Notes under the pieces: model-generated | What the model was told of the DNA's origin: nothing | Database searches by the model: none | What the model saw: only the letters and a program-made list of their open reading frames with translations | In this document: positions 37,883-47,566 of the stretch, piece after piece | How positions within the stretch are numbered: the first letter of the stretch is position 1 | Layout: each line of letters begins with the position of its first letter | Translations under genes and position numbers: made by a program | Assembly: GCA_963422735.1 (NCBI GenBank) | Contig: OY730476.1 | Location: forward strand, 1,600,001 to 1,664,000 | Direction of reading: 5' to 3' | Source: Candidatus Latescibacterota bacterium | Lineage (GTDB): Bacteria > Latescibacterota > UBA2968 > UBA8231 | Length of the DNA: 64,000 nt

Positions 37883-38611
37883 ATGGAGAATAGGCAAAAC
37901 GTCGCCGAACACAAGAGGCGCAACCGAGACATGTTCAACGCCATTGCTCGGCGCTACGACTTGCTCAACCATCTTCTCAGCGGCGGCGTCGATGTGTACT
38001 GGCGGCGGCGCGCCCTCGACTGCACCCTAGAGACCGCCCCACAGCGCGTCTTGGACCTCGCTACTGGCACCGGTGATTTTGCCCTCGCGGCCGCTCGCCT
38101 AGGGCCGCAGCAAGTCGTCGGTATTGACATGGCCATTGAGATGCTGCGGCTAGGGGCGGCCAAGGTGGAAGCCAAGGGGCCGTCCGCGCGCGTGGATTTA
38201 TTAGTCGGCGACGCCGAGCAGCTACCGTTTCAGGACAATACCTTCGACTTGGTGACCGGGGCCTTTGGGGTGCGCAACTTTGGGCACATTCCCAGCGGTT
38301 TGGCCGAGGCCCTCCGCGTCCTCAAGCCCGGCGGCCAGCTTTTGGTACTCGACTTCTGCGAGCCTACCGCGCCGCTGTTTCGGCAATTGTACTTGTTCTA
38401 CTTCCACAAAGTGCTGCCCCTGATCGGCGGCTTAATCTCCGGCCAGCGCCGGGCCTACGCCTATCTGCCACGCTCGGTGGGGACCTTTCCCCAAGGGCAG
38501 GCCTTTGTCGAATTGCTCGTCGCGGCCGGTTTCAGCCAGACGCGCTACACACCCTTGACTCTAGGGATTGCCGCGGTGTACCAAGGCGTCAAAAGGCCGG
38601 TTGACGAATAG
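37883..38611 (+). CDS. menG: Demethylmenaquinone methyltransferase
   Basis: MFNAIARRYDLLNHLLS, LDLATGTGD, FGVRN, RVLKPGG, AYAYLPRS. Confidence 0.93.
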   Translation: MENRQNVAEHKRRNRDMFNAIARRYDLLNHLLSGGVDVYWRRRALDCTLETAPQRVLDLATGTGDFALAAARLGPQQVVGIDMAIEMLRLGAAKVEAKGPSARVDLLVGDAEQLPFQDNTFDLVTGAFGVRNFGHIPSGLAEALRVLKPGGQLLVLDFCEPTAPLFRQLYLFYFHKVLPLIGGLISGQRRAYAYLPRSVGTFPQGQAFVELLVAAGFSQTRYTPLTLGIAAVYQGVKRPVDE

Positions 38612-38629
38612 GATCCCCATAGGTACTAT
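38601..38629 (+). promoter_or_regulatory. Sigma70 promoter of mqnE
   Basis: TTGACG-N17-TACTAT. Confidence 0.6.
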
Positions 38630-38651
38630 ATACTAAACGCGGGAGAAATAA

Positions 38652-39776
38652 GTGATTTACGACGACCTTATAGGCCGCGCCGGCCTCGCAGATGTCCACG
38701 ACAAAGTGCTGGCCGGCCAGCGCTTGAGCTTAGACGACGGCCTGCGCCTGTACGCCTGCGATGAACTGCCTATCTTGGGCTATATGGCCAATATCGTCCG
38801 CGAGCGCAAAAGCGGCGATATTGCGTACTACGTGCGCAACCAGCACATCAACTACACCAATATCTGCAACAAGCTCTGTAAGTTCTGCTCCTTCTACGTC
38901 AAGCCCAAAGACGAGCGCGGCTACGTGCTGGCACCCGAGCAGGTCGCCGCACGAGTCGCCGAGTACGATCAAGCCCCGATTACCGAGATCCACATGGTCG
39001 GCGGCGTCAACCCCAAACTGCCCTACCAATACTATCTAGATGTCTTGCGGGCGATGAAGCAAGCCCGCCCCACCGCGCATCTGAAGGCCTTCACCATGAT
39101 CGAGATCGCCCAGATTCAGCGCATCGCCAAAAAGCCGCTGGAAGAGGTCTTTGCCGATATGAAGGCGGCCGGGCTAGAGTCGCTGCCCGGTGGCGGGGCT
39201 GAGGTATTTAGCGATCGGGTTCAAGGCGACCTTTTCTGGACTAAGGCGGACTCTGAGGAGTGGCTAGAAATTGCTCAGACAGCGCATCGAGCCGGCCTGC
39301 CTTCCAACGCCACTATGCTTTACGGCCACATCGAAAATACCGAGGAGAAGGTCTATCACCTCGTGCGGCTGCGCGAAGTGCAGGACGAGACCGGGGGCTT
39401 CCTCTGCTATATCCCGCTTTCTTTTCACCCCGAGCGCACCGAGTTGGAGCACTTATCCGGGCCGACGGGTTGCCTAGATCTTAAGGAAATCGCCGTGGGG
39501 CGGCTGATGCTCGACAACTTTCCCCACGTCAAGACCTTCTGGATTATGAATACCATCGAGATTTCGCAGACCGCGCTCTGGTACGGGGCCGACGATATCG
39601 ACGGCACGGTCATGGATTACGAAATCACCCGCAAGAGTTTCACCCAGACCCAGCAGCGGCTGACTCAGGCCGAACTCGTGCAGCGCATCGTCGAGGCTGG
39701 TCGCCTGCCCTTGGAACGCGACTCCCTCTACAATATCGTCGCCGATACCCCGACTTTGCTGGCGGTGGCCGGATAG
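38652..39776 (+). CDS. mqnE: Aminofutalosine synthase (radical SAM)
   Basis: CNKLCKFC, EIHMVGG, PGGGAEVF, NATMLYGHIE, YGADDIDGT. Confidence 0.9.
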   Translation: MIYDDLIGRAGLADVHDKVLAGQRLSLDDGLRLYACDELPILGYMANIVRERKSGDIAYYVRNQHINYTNICNKLCKFCSFYVKPKDERGYVLAPEQVAARVAEYDQAPITEIHMVGGVNPKLPYQYYLDVLRAMKQARPTAHLKAFTMIEIAQIQRIAKKPLEEVFADMKAAGLESLPGGGAEVFSDRVQGDLFWTKADSEEWLEIAQTAHRAGLPSNATMLYGHIENTEEKVYHLVRLREVQDETGGFLCYIPLSFHPERTELEHLSGPTGCLDLKEIAVGRLMLDNFPHVKTFWIMNTIEISQTALWYGADDIDGTVMDYEITRKSFTQTQQRLTQAELVQRIVEAGRLPLERDSLYNIVADTPTLLAVAG

Positions 39777-40924
39777 TGCCCGTGATCGCCGATATTGCCG
39801 AAAAGATCTATGCCAGAAAGCGCCTCGCGCTCGATGATGCCCGACGCCTGTACGCGCACCACAACCTCGCCGAGCTGGGGATGCTAGCGCATTGGGTGCG
39901 CCTGCAGAAACACCCCGAACAGGTGGTCACTTACAACGTCGGGCGCAACATCAACTACACCAATGTCTGCTGGGTCAAGTGCGACTTTTGCGCCTTCTAC
40001 CGGCCACCGGGTTCTAACGAAGGCTACATCCTGCCCCGAGAGCAGATATTTGCCAAAATCGACGAGTTGGTAGCCTTTGGCGGCGACGAGCCTAAGTCCT
40101 GCGAAATCCTGATGCAGGGCGGCCTCAACCCCAAGCTGCGCCTCGATTACTACGAACAGTTGCTCTCGGCGATCAGGGACCGCTATCCCCAAGTGCAGCT
40201 GCACTGTCTTTCGGCCACGGAAATCATCTACATCGCTCATCTGTCGCGACTGCCGCTGGACGAGACCATTCGCCGCCTGCGCGACGCTGGGCTGGATTCG
40301 ATACCGGGTGCCGGAGCCGAGATCCTCAACGACGAGGTGCGCGACATCATCGGCTTTCGCAAGGACCGCACCGAGGAGTGGCTGGAAGTGCATCGCGTGG
40401 CGCACGAACTGGGGATGCCGACCACCGCGACGATGATGTACGGCCACGTGGAGACGGTCGAACACCGCCTAGAGCACCTCAACCGCTTGCGGCAGCTACA
40501 GGACGAGCGCGGTGGTTTCACCGCCTTTATCGCTTGGAACTTCCAGCCCAACCACACGAACTTGGGCGCGGACGCGTCCCGCTGGAACGGCACCAAAGCG
40601 ACCGGCTACGACCACCTGCGCACGGTGGCCGTAGCACGGCTCTTCCTCGACAATATCCCCAGCCTGCAAGCCTCGTGGGTGACCCAAGGGCCTAAAATCG
40701 CCCAAGTCAGCTTGCGCTACGGCGTCAACGACTTCGGCAGCACCATGCTCGAAGAAAACGTCGTCAGCGCCGCTGGCACCAGTCACACCAACGAGATGGG
40801 CTTGGATGCTATGGAACGGCTAATCCGCGACGCCGGCCTTGCGCCGAGGCGGCGCAACACCCGCTACGAGCCGGTGGCTTCACCCTGTCGGATCAGCGTT
40901 TTGCAAGAGGCCCTCCATTCATGA
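39776..40924 (+). CDS. mqnC: Cyclic dehypoxanthine futalosine synthase (radical SAM)
   Basis: RNINYTNVCWVKCDFCAFYR, TATMMYGHVE, QASWVTQG, NDFGSTMLEENVV. Confidence 0.93.
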   Translation: MPVIADIAEKIYARKRLALDDARRLYAHHNLAELGMLAHWVRLQKHPEQVVTYNVGRNINYTNVCWVKCDFCAFYRPPGSNEGYILPREQIFAKIDELVAFGGDEPKSCEILMQGGLNPKLRLDYYEQLLSAIRDRYPQVQLHCLSATEIIYIAHLSRLPLDETIRRLRDAGLDSIPGAGAEILNDEVRDIIGFRKDRTEEWLEVHRVAHELGMPTTATMMYGHVETVEHRLEHLNRLRQLQDERGGFTAFIAWNFQPNHTNLGADASRWNGTKATGYDHLRTVAVARLFLDNIPSLQASWVTQGPKIAQVSLRYGVNDFGSTMLEENVVSAAGTSHTNEMGLDAMERLIRDAGLAPRRRNTRYEPVASPCRISVLQEALHS

Positions 40925-41715
40925 AGCCGCGCTTGGGCGCGGTCCCGTACCTCAACACGCAGCCCCTCGTCTTTGCCCTCGAAAGCGATCCCGCACCTTT
41001 CGCACTGAGTTATTCGGTTCCCTCGCGCTGCGCGAGAAAACTGGCGGCCGGCACCATTGATGTGGGGATCATTCCCTCAATCGAATACGCCCGCAGTCCT
41101 CGCCCCTACTGGATCGTCCCGGACATAGCTATTGGTTCGCAGGGTCCGGTGCTGACGGTGCGCCTCTTTTGCCGCCGTCCGTTGCCGCAGATCAAGCGCA
41201 TAGCCTTGGATCCCAGTTCCCGCACTTCAGTAGCTTTGTTGTCCATTCTTCTGCGCGAAAAATTCGCTCGCACCCCGCAATTGATCGAAGCCCCGCCCGA
41301 TCTGAAGGCCATGTTAGAGTGCGCCGATGCGGCCCTGCTCATCGGCGATCAAGTATTCCCGCATTTGGACGAGGACTTGGAGAGCCTAGACTTGGGTCGG
41401 GAATGGACTGCCATGACCGATCTGCCTTTTGTCTTTGCTTTTTGGGCCGGTCGCCAACAGGCGCTGACACCCGCCCAAGTCCAACAATTGCAGTGGGCCA
41501 AAGATCAGGGGTTATGCCAAGTGCCGTCCATCGCCGCAACATATAGCCGAGAATGCGGCGGTTCGCCCGAGTTCTACGAGCGCTACCTGACCCACCACAT
41601 CCGCTTTGATTTGGACGAGGCCGCCCAAGCCGGGTTGCGGCTGTTCTACCAACTAGCTCATCGTCACGGCCTGATCGACGCGGTTCCCCCGCTGCGCTTT
41701 TATCCAGCGGCCTGA
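40921..41715 (+). CDS. mqnA: Chorismate dehydratase
   Basis: VPYLNTQPL, SSRTSVAL, LLIGD, DLGREW, LPFVFAFW. Confidence 0.92.
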   Translation: MKPRLGAVPYLNTQPLVFALESDPAPFALSYSVPSRCARKLAAGTIDVGIIPSIEYARSPRPYWIVPDIAIGSQGPVLTVRLFCRRPLPQIKRIALDPSSRTSVALLSILLREKFARTPQLIEAPPDLKAMLECADAALLIGDQVFPHLDEDLESLDLGREWTAMTDLPFVFAFWAGRQQALTPAQVQQLQWAKDQGLCQVPSIAATYSRECGGSPEFYERYLTHHIRFDLDEAAQAGLRLFYQLAHRHGLIDAVPPLRFYPAA

Positions 41716-41745
41716 CCTAGGCCGCCCTTGTCGAGGAAGGTCGAG

Positions 41746-42636
41746 ATGGCTCCCTTGTTACAGGCCATTGCGGTGTACGGCCGCATGATCAAATTTTCCC
41801 ACAGCGTCTTTGCCCTACCTTTTGCCTTTAGCGGAGCCTTGCTGGCCGCGACGTACGCTGGCATCACCCCGGCCCAAATCGGCTGGATCGCGCTGGCCAT
41901 GGTCGGGGCGCGCAGCGCGGCGATGGGTTTTAATCGCCTCGTTGACCGCCACCTCGACGCGGCCAATCCCCGCACCCAAAACCGCGAACTGCCGCGAGGT
42001 GTGGTCTCGCCCCAAGCCGTGGGGTTGTTCGTGGTTCTGTCGGCCCTCGTCTTGGTCTTGGCAGCTTACCAGCTCAACCCTTTGTGCTTTTACCTGTCGC
42101 CGCTGGTTTTGGCTGTACTCTTGTTCTATTCGCTGACCAAGCACTTCACTTGGGCCTCCCACTTGGTTTTGGGGCTGAGCTTAGGCGGGGCACCGCTGGG
42201 TGCTTGGATTGCGGTCACCGGCGGCTTTGACCTCATCCCGCTGCTGCTCTGCTTGGGGGTGCTGGTTTGGGTGGCCGGCTTTGACATCATCTACGCCTGC
42301 GAGGATCGCGCCTTTGACGTGCGGGCCGGACTCCATTCCATCCCGGTCCGCTTTGGCACTGCCCGTGCCCTGTACATCGCCCGCGCCTTGCATCTGTTGT
42401 TCGTGGTGCTGCTAGTCCTCGTGGGCCGCACGGCCGGCTTGAGCCTTTTATACTGGTTGGGTGTAGTAGTGGTCGCCGGCTTGCTGGTGTACGAGCACCG
42501 GCTGGTGCGGGCCGACGACCTGTCCCGCCTGAGCACGGCCTTTATGACGATCAATAGCACGGTCAGCCTGATCTACTTTGCCGCGATCTTAGCCGATCTG
42601 CTCGTCTTTGGCGAGGGGGAATTGCTGCGATTTTGA
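41746..42636 (+). CDS. mqnP: UbiA-family prenyltransferase of the futalosine pathway
   Basis: IKFSHSVFALPFA, FNRLVDRHLDAANPRT, WVAGFDIIYACED. Confidence 0.85.
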   Translation: MAPLLQAIAVYGRMIKFSHSVFALPFAFSGALLAATYAGITPAQIGWIALAMVGARSAAMGFNRLVDRHLDAANPRTQNRELPRGVVSPQAVGLFVVLSALVLVLAAYQLNPLCFYLSPLVLAVLLFYSLTKHFTWASHLVLGLSLGGAPLGAWIAVTGGFDLIPLLLCLGVLVWVAGFDIIYACEDRAFDVRAGLHSIPVRFGTARALYIARALHLLFVVLLVLVGRTAGLSLLYWLGVVVVAGLLVYEHRLVRADDLSRLSTAFMTINSTVSLIYFAAILADLLVFGEGELLRF

Positions 42637-42718
42637 CGAGGGAATATGGCTGCGAGTTGTCTAGGCGCTAGACAATCACTAAGTAATTGAAAGCCTGCTC
42701 ACCTTTTTTTGATCCGAC

Positions 42719-43243
42719 ATGGCAGAATGCGAACACATCGAACACATCCTAGACAATCGCCAGCACCGCGTTGTCGATTATTTGCGGCAGCACCTGTCCG
42801 CCGCCGAGGTGTTTCGCCTCGTGTCGGCGTATTTCACCATTCACGGGTACGAGGCCCTGCAAAGCGAGTTGCGAGAGGTAAAAGATGTGCGCTTTCTCTT
42901 GGGCGATCCGGGAGCGGTCGGCGAGTTGGATCCCAGTGAGAAAGCGCAAAAGTCTTTTGATCTGACCGAAGGCGGGCTCTCGCCGAATCATCCATTGCAA
43001 CAGACATACCTCGCCCGGCAACGCGCCGCATGGCTGCAAAGCAGTGGAGTCAAAGTCCGTTCTGTCGGCCAAGCCAATTTTCTGCACGGCAAGATGTATC
43101 TCACCGAATCAGCCAACAAAGGCGCGGCGGCGGCGGGCACCAGAAGCGGCCTAGGCTGCGGAATGGTCGCCAATTTGGAGATCAACTCGCCGCCATTTGC
43201 CCGACCGAGTGAGCGACCTAGAATATGCCTGCCCCTAGTGTAA
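42719..43243 (+). pseudogene. N-terminal PLD-like nuclease domain fragment of an SNF2/DEAD-type helicase
   Basis: ILDN..., VSAYFTIHGY, VRFLLG, NFLHGKMY; degenerates after the HxK motif, no helicase follows. Confidence 0.7.
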
Positions 43244-43365
43244 CTAAAGAAATCCGGCAATGTAGCTTGCAGGGGCCGAGATCCAGATGCCCGCCGGCGT
43301 TTCTGCAAGAATAAGGGAAGTAATTGACACGAGACGATTCGTAGATAACCCATAGGAGAAGCGAC

Positions 43366-43596
43366 ATGAGCCGAGTAGCTTTTCAGTTGCCCAATACAGT
43401 CTTTGAACGGCTACAGAAACTGGCTGCCCGCACGGGACGCAGCGAAACCGAATGTATGATTGAGGCTATCCGGGAGTATCTGGATGACCTCGAAGACTTG
43501 CATCTTGCCGAATAACGACTGAAGGATATTCACGAGGGGAAATCTCAGACCGTGCCTCTTGAGAAAGTCGTGAAAGAGCATGGCTTGGCAGATTGA
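43366..43596 (+). pseudogene. relB: RelB-type (RHH) antitoxin with premature TAA at 43513
   Basis: MSRVAFQLP...RLQKLAARTGRS...EAIREYLDDLEDLHLAE*RLKDIHEGKSQTVPLEKVVKEHGLAD; RBS AGGAG. Confidence 0.8.
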
Positions 43597-43748
43597 GCTT
43601 GCCAAGGACGCCGAGCGTGAATTGAGGAGACGACCCGCGCAGCATTGGCGAAGCCCTCAAGGGTTCCAATTTAGGCGAGTTCTGGAAATACCGCGTGGGC
43701 GATTATCGCGTAATCAGCCACATCAAGGACGATGCCCTTCTCATCCTC
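43580..43748 (+). pseudogene. relE: RelE/StbE toxin with internal deletion and truncation
   Basis: MAWQIELAKDAERELRR shifts frame into DPRSIGEALKGSNLGEFWKYRVGDYRVISHIKDDALLIL. Confidence 0.85.
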
Positions 43749-43918
43749 AAACAACAACCGCCTACGCGACCATGCAACATCTCTGAGCACGGTGTGGGTG
43801 CGCGCTGGCGTTTTATCGGGAATAAGGGTATCTACTGAAATCCCGGCTGTGAGTTGCCCAAATGTTAGACAATTATTAAATAACGGACCATGCACCCAAT
43901 CCCTAACCAAAAGAATCC

Positions 43919-44929
43919 ATGACTACCCTGTTCGTCACCGGCGGCGCTGGCTTCATCGGCTCCAATTTCATTCGCTATTGGCTATCGACCTATCCCGACG
44001 ACCGCATTGTCAACTACGATCTGCTCACCTACGCCGGCAATTTGGCCAGCCTGAAGGACGTGGAAGCAAGCTATGGTGACCGCTACACTTTTGTCCGCGG
44101 CGATATTCAGAATGCCGATTTGACCCGCTATCTCTTCGAGGTCCACCGCCCCGACTACGTGATCAACTTTGCCGCGGAATCGCACAACAGCTTGGCCATT
44201 GTCAATCCCTCGGCCTTTTTTCAGACCAATGTCGTGGGTACGCAAAAGCTGTTGCAGGCCGCCGCCGACGCCCAAGTGCCGCGCTTCCACCACATTTCCA
44301 CCTGCGAAGTGTACGGCGATCTAGCCCTCGACGCGGACGAGTCCTTTACCGAGGAATCGCCCTACCGGCCGCGCACTCCGTACAATGCGGCTAAGGCCGC
44401 CGCCGACCTAGCCGTGCGCGCTTATGGCCATACCTTTGGCCTGCCAGTCACGCTGTCGAACTGCGCCAACAATTTTGGCCCCTATCAATTCCCGGAAAAA
44501 GTCATCCCCTTCTTCGCCGTCCGCCTGCTCACCGGCCAGAAGATGCCGCTGTACAAATCCAGCCAGAACCGCCGCGAGTGGCTCCACGTCGATGATCACT
44601 GCCGGGCCATAGACCTAGTGCTGAAAAAAGGCGAGATTGGACAGACGTACAACGTTGGCAGCGGCATTGAAAAAGACGTCGAAGCCATCGCCGACCTGAT
44701 CCTCAATGCCTTGGAGATGGACGCCACACACAAAACTTATGTGGAGGACCGGCCCGGCCACGACCGGCGCTACCTACTCGATTCAACCAGAATCCGCACC
44801 CAACTAGGTTGGGAACCGCGAGTCGATTTCGCCCAAGGCTTCCGCGATACGGTCCACTGGTACCGCGACAATGAAGCCTGGTGGCGTCCCCTGCTAAAAA
44901 AAATCCAAGTCCGCGAAGAGGGCTGGTAA
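43919..44929 (+). CDS. rfbB: dTDP-glucose 4,6-dehydratase
   Basis: TGGAGFIGSNF, LTYAGN, FAAESH, YNAAK, NNFGPYQFPEK, DRPGHDRRY. Confidence 0.93.
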   Translation: MTTLFVTGGAGFIGSNFIRYWLSTYPDDRIVNYDLLTYAGNLASLKDVEASYGDRYTFVRGDIQNADLTRYLFEVHRPDYVINFAAESHNSLAIVNPSAFFQTNVVGTQKLLQAAADAQVPRFHHISTCEVYGDLALDADESFTEESPYRPRTPYNAAKAAADLAVRAYGHTFGLPVTLSNCANNFGPYQFPEKVIPFFAVRLLTGQKMPLYKSSQNRREWLHVDDHCRAIDLVLKKGEIGQTYNVGSGIEKDVEAIADLILNALEMDATHKTYVEDRPGHDRRYLLDSTRIRTQLGWEPRVDFAQGFRDTVHWYRDNEAWWRPLLKKIQVREEGW

Positions 44930-44966
44930 GGGCATCTTTCTGAATCAGAAAGCATAACGAGGCAGC

Positions 44967-46949
44967 ATGAGTACCGATTCCTTTGCAGAAATCGTCGGCG
45001 AGACCGATGATCCGATCTACCAAGTCCGCACCCGCGCTCCCGGTCCTAGCGGCAAGCTGCCGCTGACCATAGAGCAGGTCGTCGAAGCGCCGAGTGGCCA
45101 CATCTTTGGCTACAGCCAGAACGCGGGAATGGGCTGGAACCCCGCCGAACTAGGCCGGGGAGAATTCCTCATCGTCAGCACCCAAGGCGGCATCCGCGCC
45201 CCGGACGGTCGGCCGATCGCGCTGGGCTACCACACTGGCCACTGGGAAATCGGCCTATTGATGGAGGCCGCTGCCGAGGAAATCCACCGCCGGGGCGGCA
45301 TCCCCTTTGCCGCCTATTGCTCGGACCCGTGCGATGGCCGCTCGCAGGGAACGACCGGCATGTTCGATAGCTTACCGTACCGCAACGACGCGGCCATGAT
45401 CCTGCGCCGCTTGATCCGCTCGTTGCCAACGCGGCGCGGCGTGATGGGCGTGGGCACCTGCGACAAGGGATTGCCGGCGGTTCTCATCGCCTTAGCTGGT
45501 ACGCCGGACCTGCCGGTCATTGTCGTGCCCGGCGGGGTGACCCTGCCGCCGGAAGAAGGCGAGGACGCGGGCAAGATCCAGTCGGCGGGTTCGCGGCTGG
45601 CGCGGGGCGAGATGAGCATTGACGACTTTCAGGTGCTCGGCTGCCGCGCCTGCGCCACGCCGGGGGGCGGCTGCCAGTTTTTGGGGACCGCGGCCACGGC
45701 TCAGGTTGTGGGCGAGGCACTGGGGCTTTCGCTGCCGCATTCGGCGCTGGCTCCTTCGGGAGAAGCGGTCTGGCGCGATATGGCCGTGCGCTCGGCGAGG
45801 GCACTGATGGCACTGGAGGCCGCGGACATTCGCTCGCAGGAGGTGGTCACCGAACAGGCACTGCACAACGCCATGGTCGTCCACGCGGCCTTTGGTGGTT
45901 CGACTAATTTGATATTGCACGTACCGGCCATTGCCCATGCGGCCGGGCGGAAACGGCCGGAAGTGGGGGATTGGGACCGGATCAACCGCGAGGTGCCGCG
46001 CTTGGTCGATGTGCTGCCCAACGGCCCGGAGTTCCACGTTACCGTGCGCGCCTTTTTGGCTGGCGGGGTGCCGGAGGTCATGTTGCACCTGCGGCGCTTG
46101 GGGCTTTTGGAGGAGGGGGTAATGACGGTCACGGGCCGCACACTGGGCGAAAATCTCGACTGGTGGGAGAGTGCGCCGCGCCGCCACCGCTTCCGCGAGG
46201 AACTGCGCAAGCTAGACGGGGTGGACCCGGACGACGTGATTATGGACGCCAGTCGCGCCCGCGCCAAGGGCCTGACCAGCACCACCTGCTTCCCGGTTGG
46301 CAACATCTCGCCCGAGGGCGCGGTCGTCAAAAGTACGGCCATTGATTCTTCATTGCTGGACGCGCAGGGAATCTATCGACACACGGGGCCAGCGAAGGTT
46401 TTTACCACCGAACGCGACACCATCGCCGCAATCAAGGCCGGCGCGATCGAGCAGGGCGACGTACTGGTGATGATTAGCTGCGGGCCGATGGGCACGGGCA
46501 TGGAGGAAGTCGCGCAGGTTACGATCGCGCTCAAATACACGGATATTGGCAAGCGCGTGGCACTGCTTACGGACGCGCGGTTTTCGGGGTTTTCCTCCGG
46601 CCCTTGTATCGGGCATATCGGCCCAGAGGCTTTGGCTGGTGGGCCGATCGGCAAGCTGCGAGACGGCGACTTGATCGCCATTGAAATCGACTGCTACAAC
46701 CTGCGCGGACGCATCGACTTGGTCGGCTGCTTAGGAGAGGAGTTCGGCGTAGAGGAAGGCCAGCGAGTGCTGGCCGAGCGCACCTTGCGTCCAGACCTTG
46801 CGCCCGAAGCGGAACTGCCCGACGACACTAGGCTGTGGGCGGCTTTGCAAAACGTCGGCGGTGGTACTTGGGGCGGTTGCGTTTATGATGTGGATGCGAT
46901 TGTCGCCACGCTCGAAGCGGGTCGCGCGGTGCTAAAGGGGGCGTCGTGA
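44967..46949 (+). CDS. YjhG/YagF-family D-xylonate dehydratase (IlvD/Edd superfamily)
   Basis: [46 protein letters not shown]. Confidence 0.92.
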   Translation: MSTDSFAEIVGETDDPIYQVRTRAPGPSGKLPLTIEQVVEAPSGHIFGYSQNAGMGWNPAELGRGEFLIVSTQGGIRAPDGRPIALGYHTGHWEIGLLMEAAAEEIHRRGGIPFAAYCSDPCDGRSQGTTGMFDSLPYRNDAAMILRRLIRSLPTRRGVMGVGTCDKGLPAVLIALAGTPDLPVIVVPGGVTLPPEEGEDAGKIQSAGSRLARGEMSIDDFQVLGCRACATPGGGCQFLGTAATAQVVGEALGLSLPHSALAPSGEAVWRDMAVRSARALMALEAADIRSQEVVTEQALHNAMVVHAAFGGSTNLILHVPAIAHAAGRKRPEVGDWDRINREVPRLVDVLPNGPEFHVTVRAFLAGGVPEVMLHLRRLGLLEEGVMTVTGRTLGENLDWWESAPRRHRFREELRKLDGVDPDDVIMDASRARAKGLTSTTCFPVGNISPEGAVVKSTAIDSSLLDAQGIYRHTGPAKVFTTERDTIAAIKAGAIEQGDVLVMISCGPMGTGMEEVAQVTIALKYTDIGKRVALLTDARFSGFSSGPCIGHIGPEALAGGPIGKLRDGDLIAIEIDCYNLRGRIDLVGCLGEEFGVEEGQRVLAERTLRPDLAPEAELPDDTRLWAALQNVGGGTWGGCVYDVDAIVATLEAGRAVLKGAS

Positions 46950-47560
46950 GCGGCAAGCAGATCGTCGTCGGCATCACCGGAGCCAGTGGCGCACTCTACG
47001 CTGGCCGCCTGCTGCGCGCCCTGCTGATCGGCGGGCACCAAGTGCATTTGGTCCTGTCTAAATACGGGCGCTACCTGCTCGTCGAAGAGTTGGGTTTCCG
47101 CCCCGACAAGGAGAGCCTACGAGCGTTTATAAGGCGGTGCTATGGGGAGGAGACCCAAGCCGGCGAACTGCACGAGTACAACGCTGGTGACCTATCGGCC
47201 TCCATAGCCAGCGGTTCGGTGCCTATCGACGGCATGGTGGTGGTGCCTTGTTCGGCCAAGACGCTTTCGAGCATCGCTCGCGGGGCGTCTTCGAGTCTGA
47301 TTGAGCGAGCCGCCGATGTCAGCCTCAAGGAGCAACGACCGCTGGTGCTGGTGGTGCGCGAGACCCCGCTCAACCTGATTCAGTTGCGCAATATGACGGC
47401 GGCGGCCGAGGCTGGAGCCGTCATTCTGCCGGCCATGCCGGCTTTTTATCAAAAGCCGCAGACCTTTGACGATTTGGGCGATTTCATCGCTGGCCGCGTC
47501 TGCAACATGCTGCGGATCGAACACCAGCTCTTCCCCTCTTGGCCGGGGCCTGCGCGATAA
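46946..47560 (+). CDS. ubiX: Flavin prenyltransferase
   Basis: [36 protein letters not shown]. Confidence 0.95.
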   Translation: MSGKQIVVGITGASGALYAGRLLRALLIGGHQVHLVLSKYGRYLLVEELGFRPDKESLRAFIRRCYGEETQAGELHEYNAGDLSASIASGSVPIDGMVVVPCSAKTLSSIARGASSSLIERAADVSLKEQRPLVLVVRETPLNLIQLRNMTAAAEAGAVILPAMPAFYQKPQTFDDLGDFIAGRVCNMLRIEHQLFPSWPGPAR

Positions 47561-47566
47561 CTTCCC

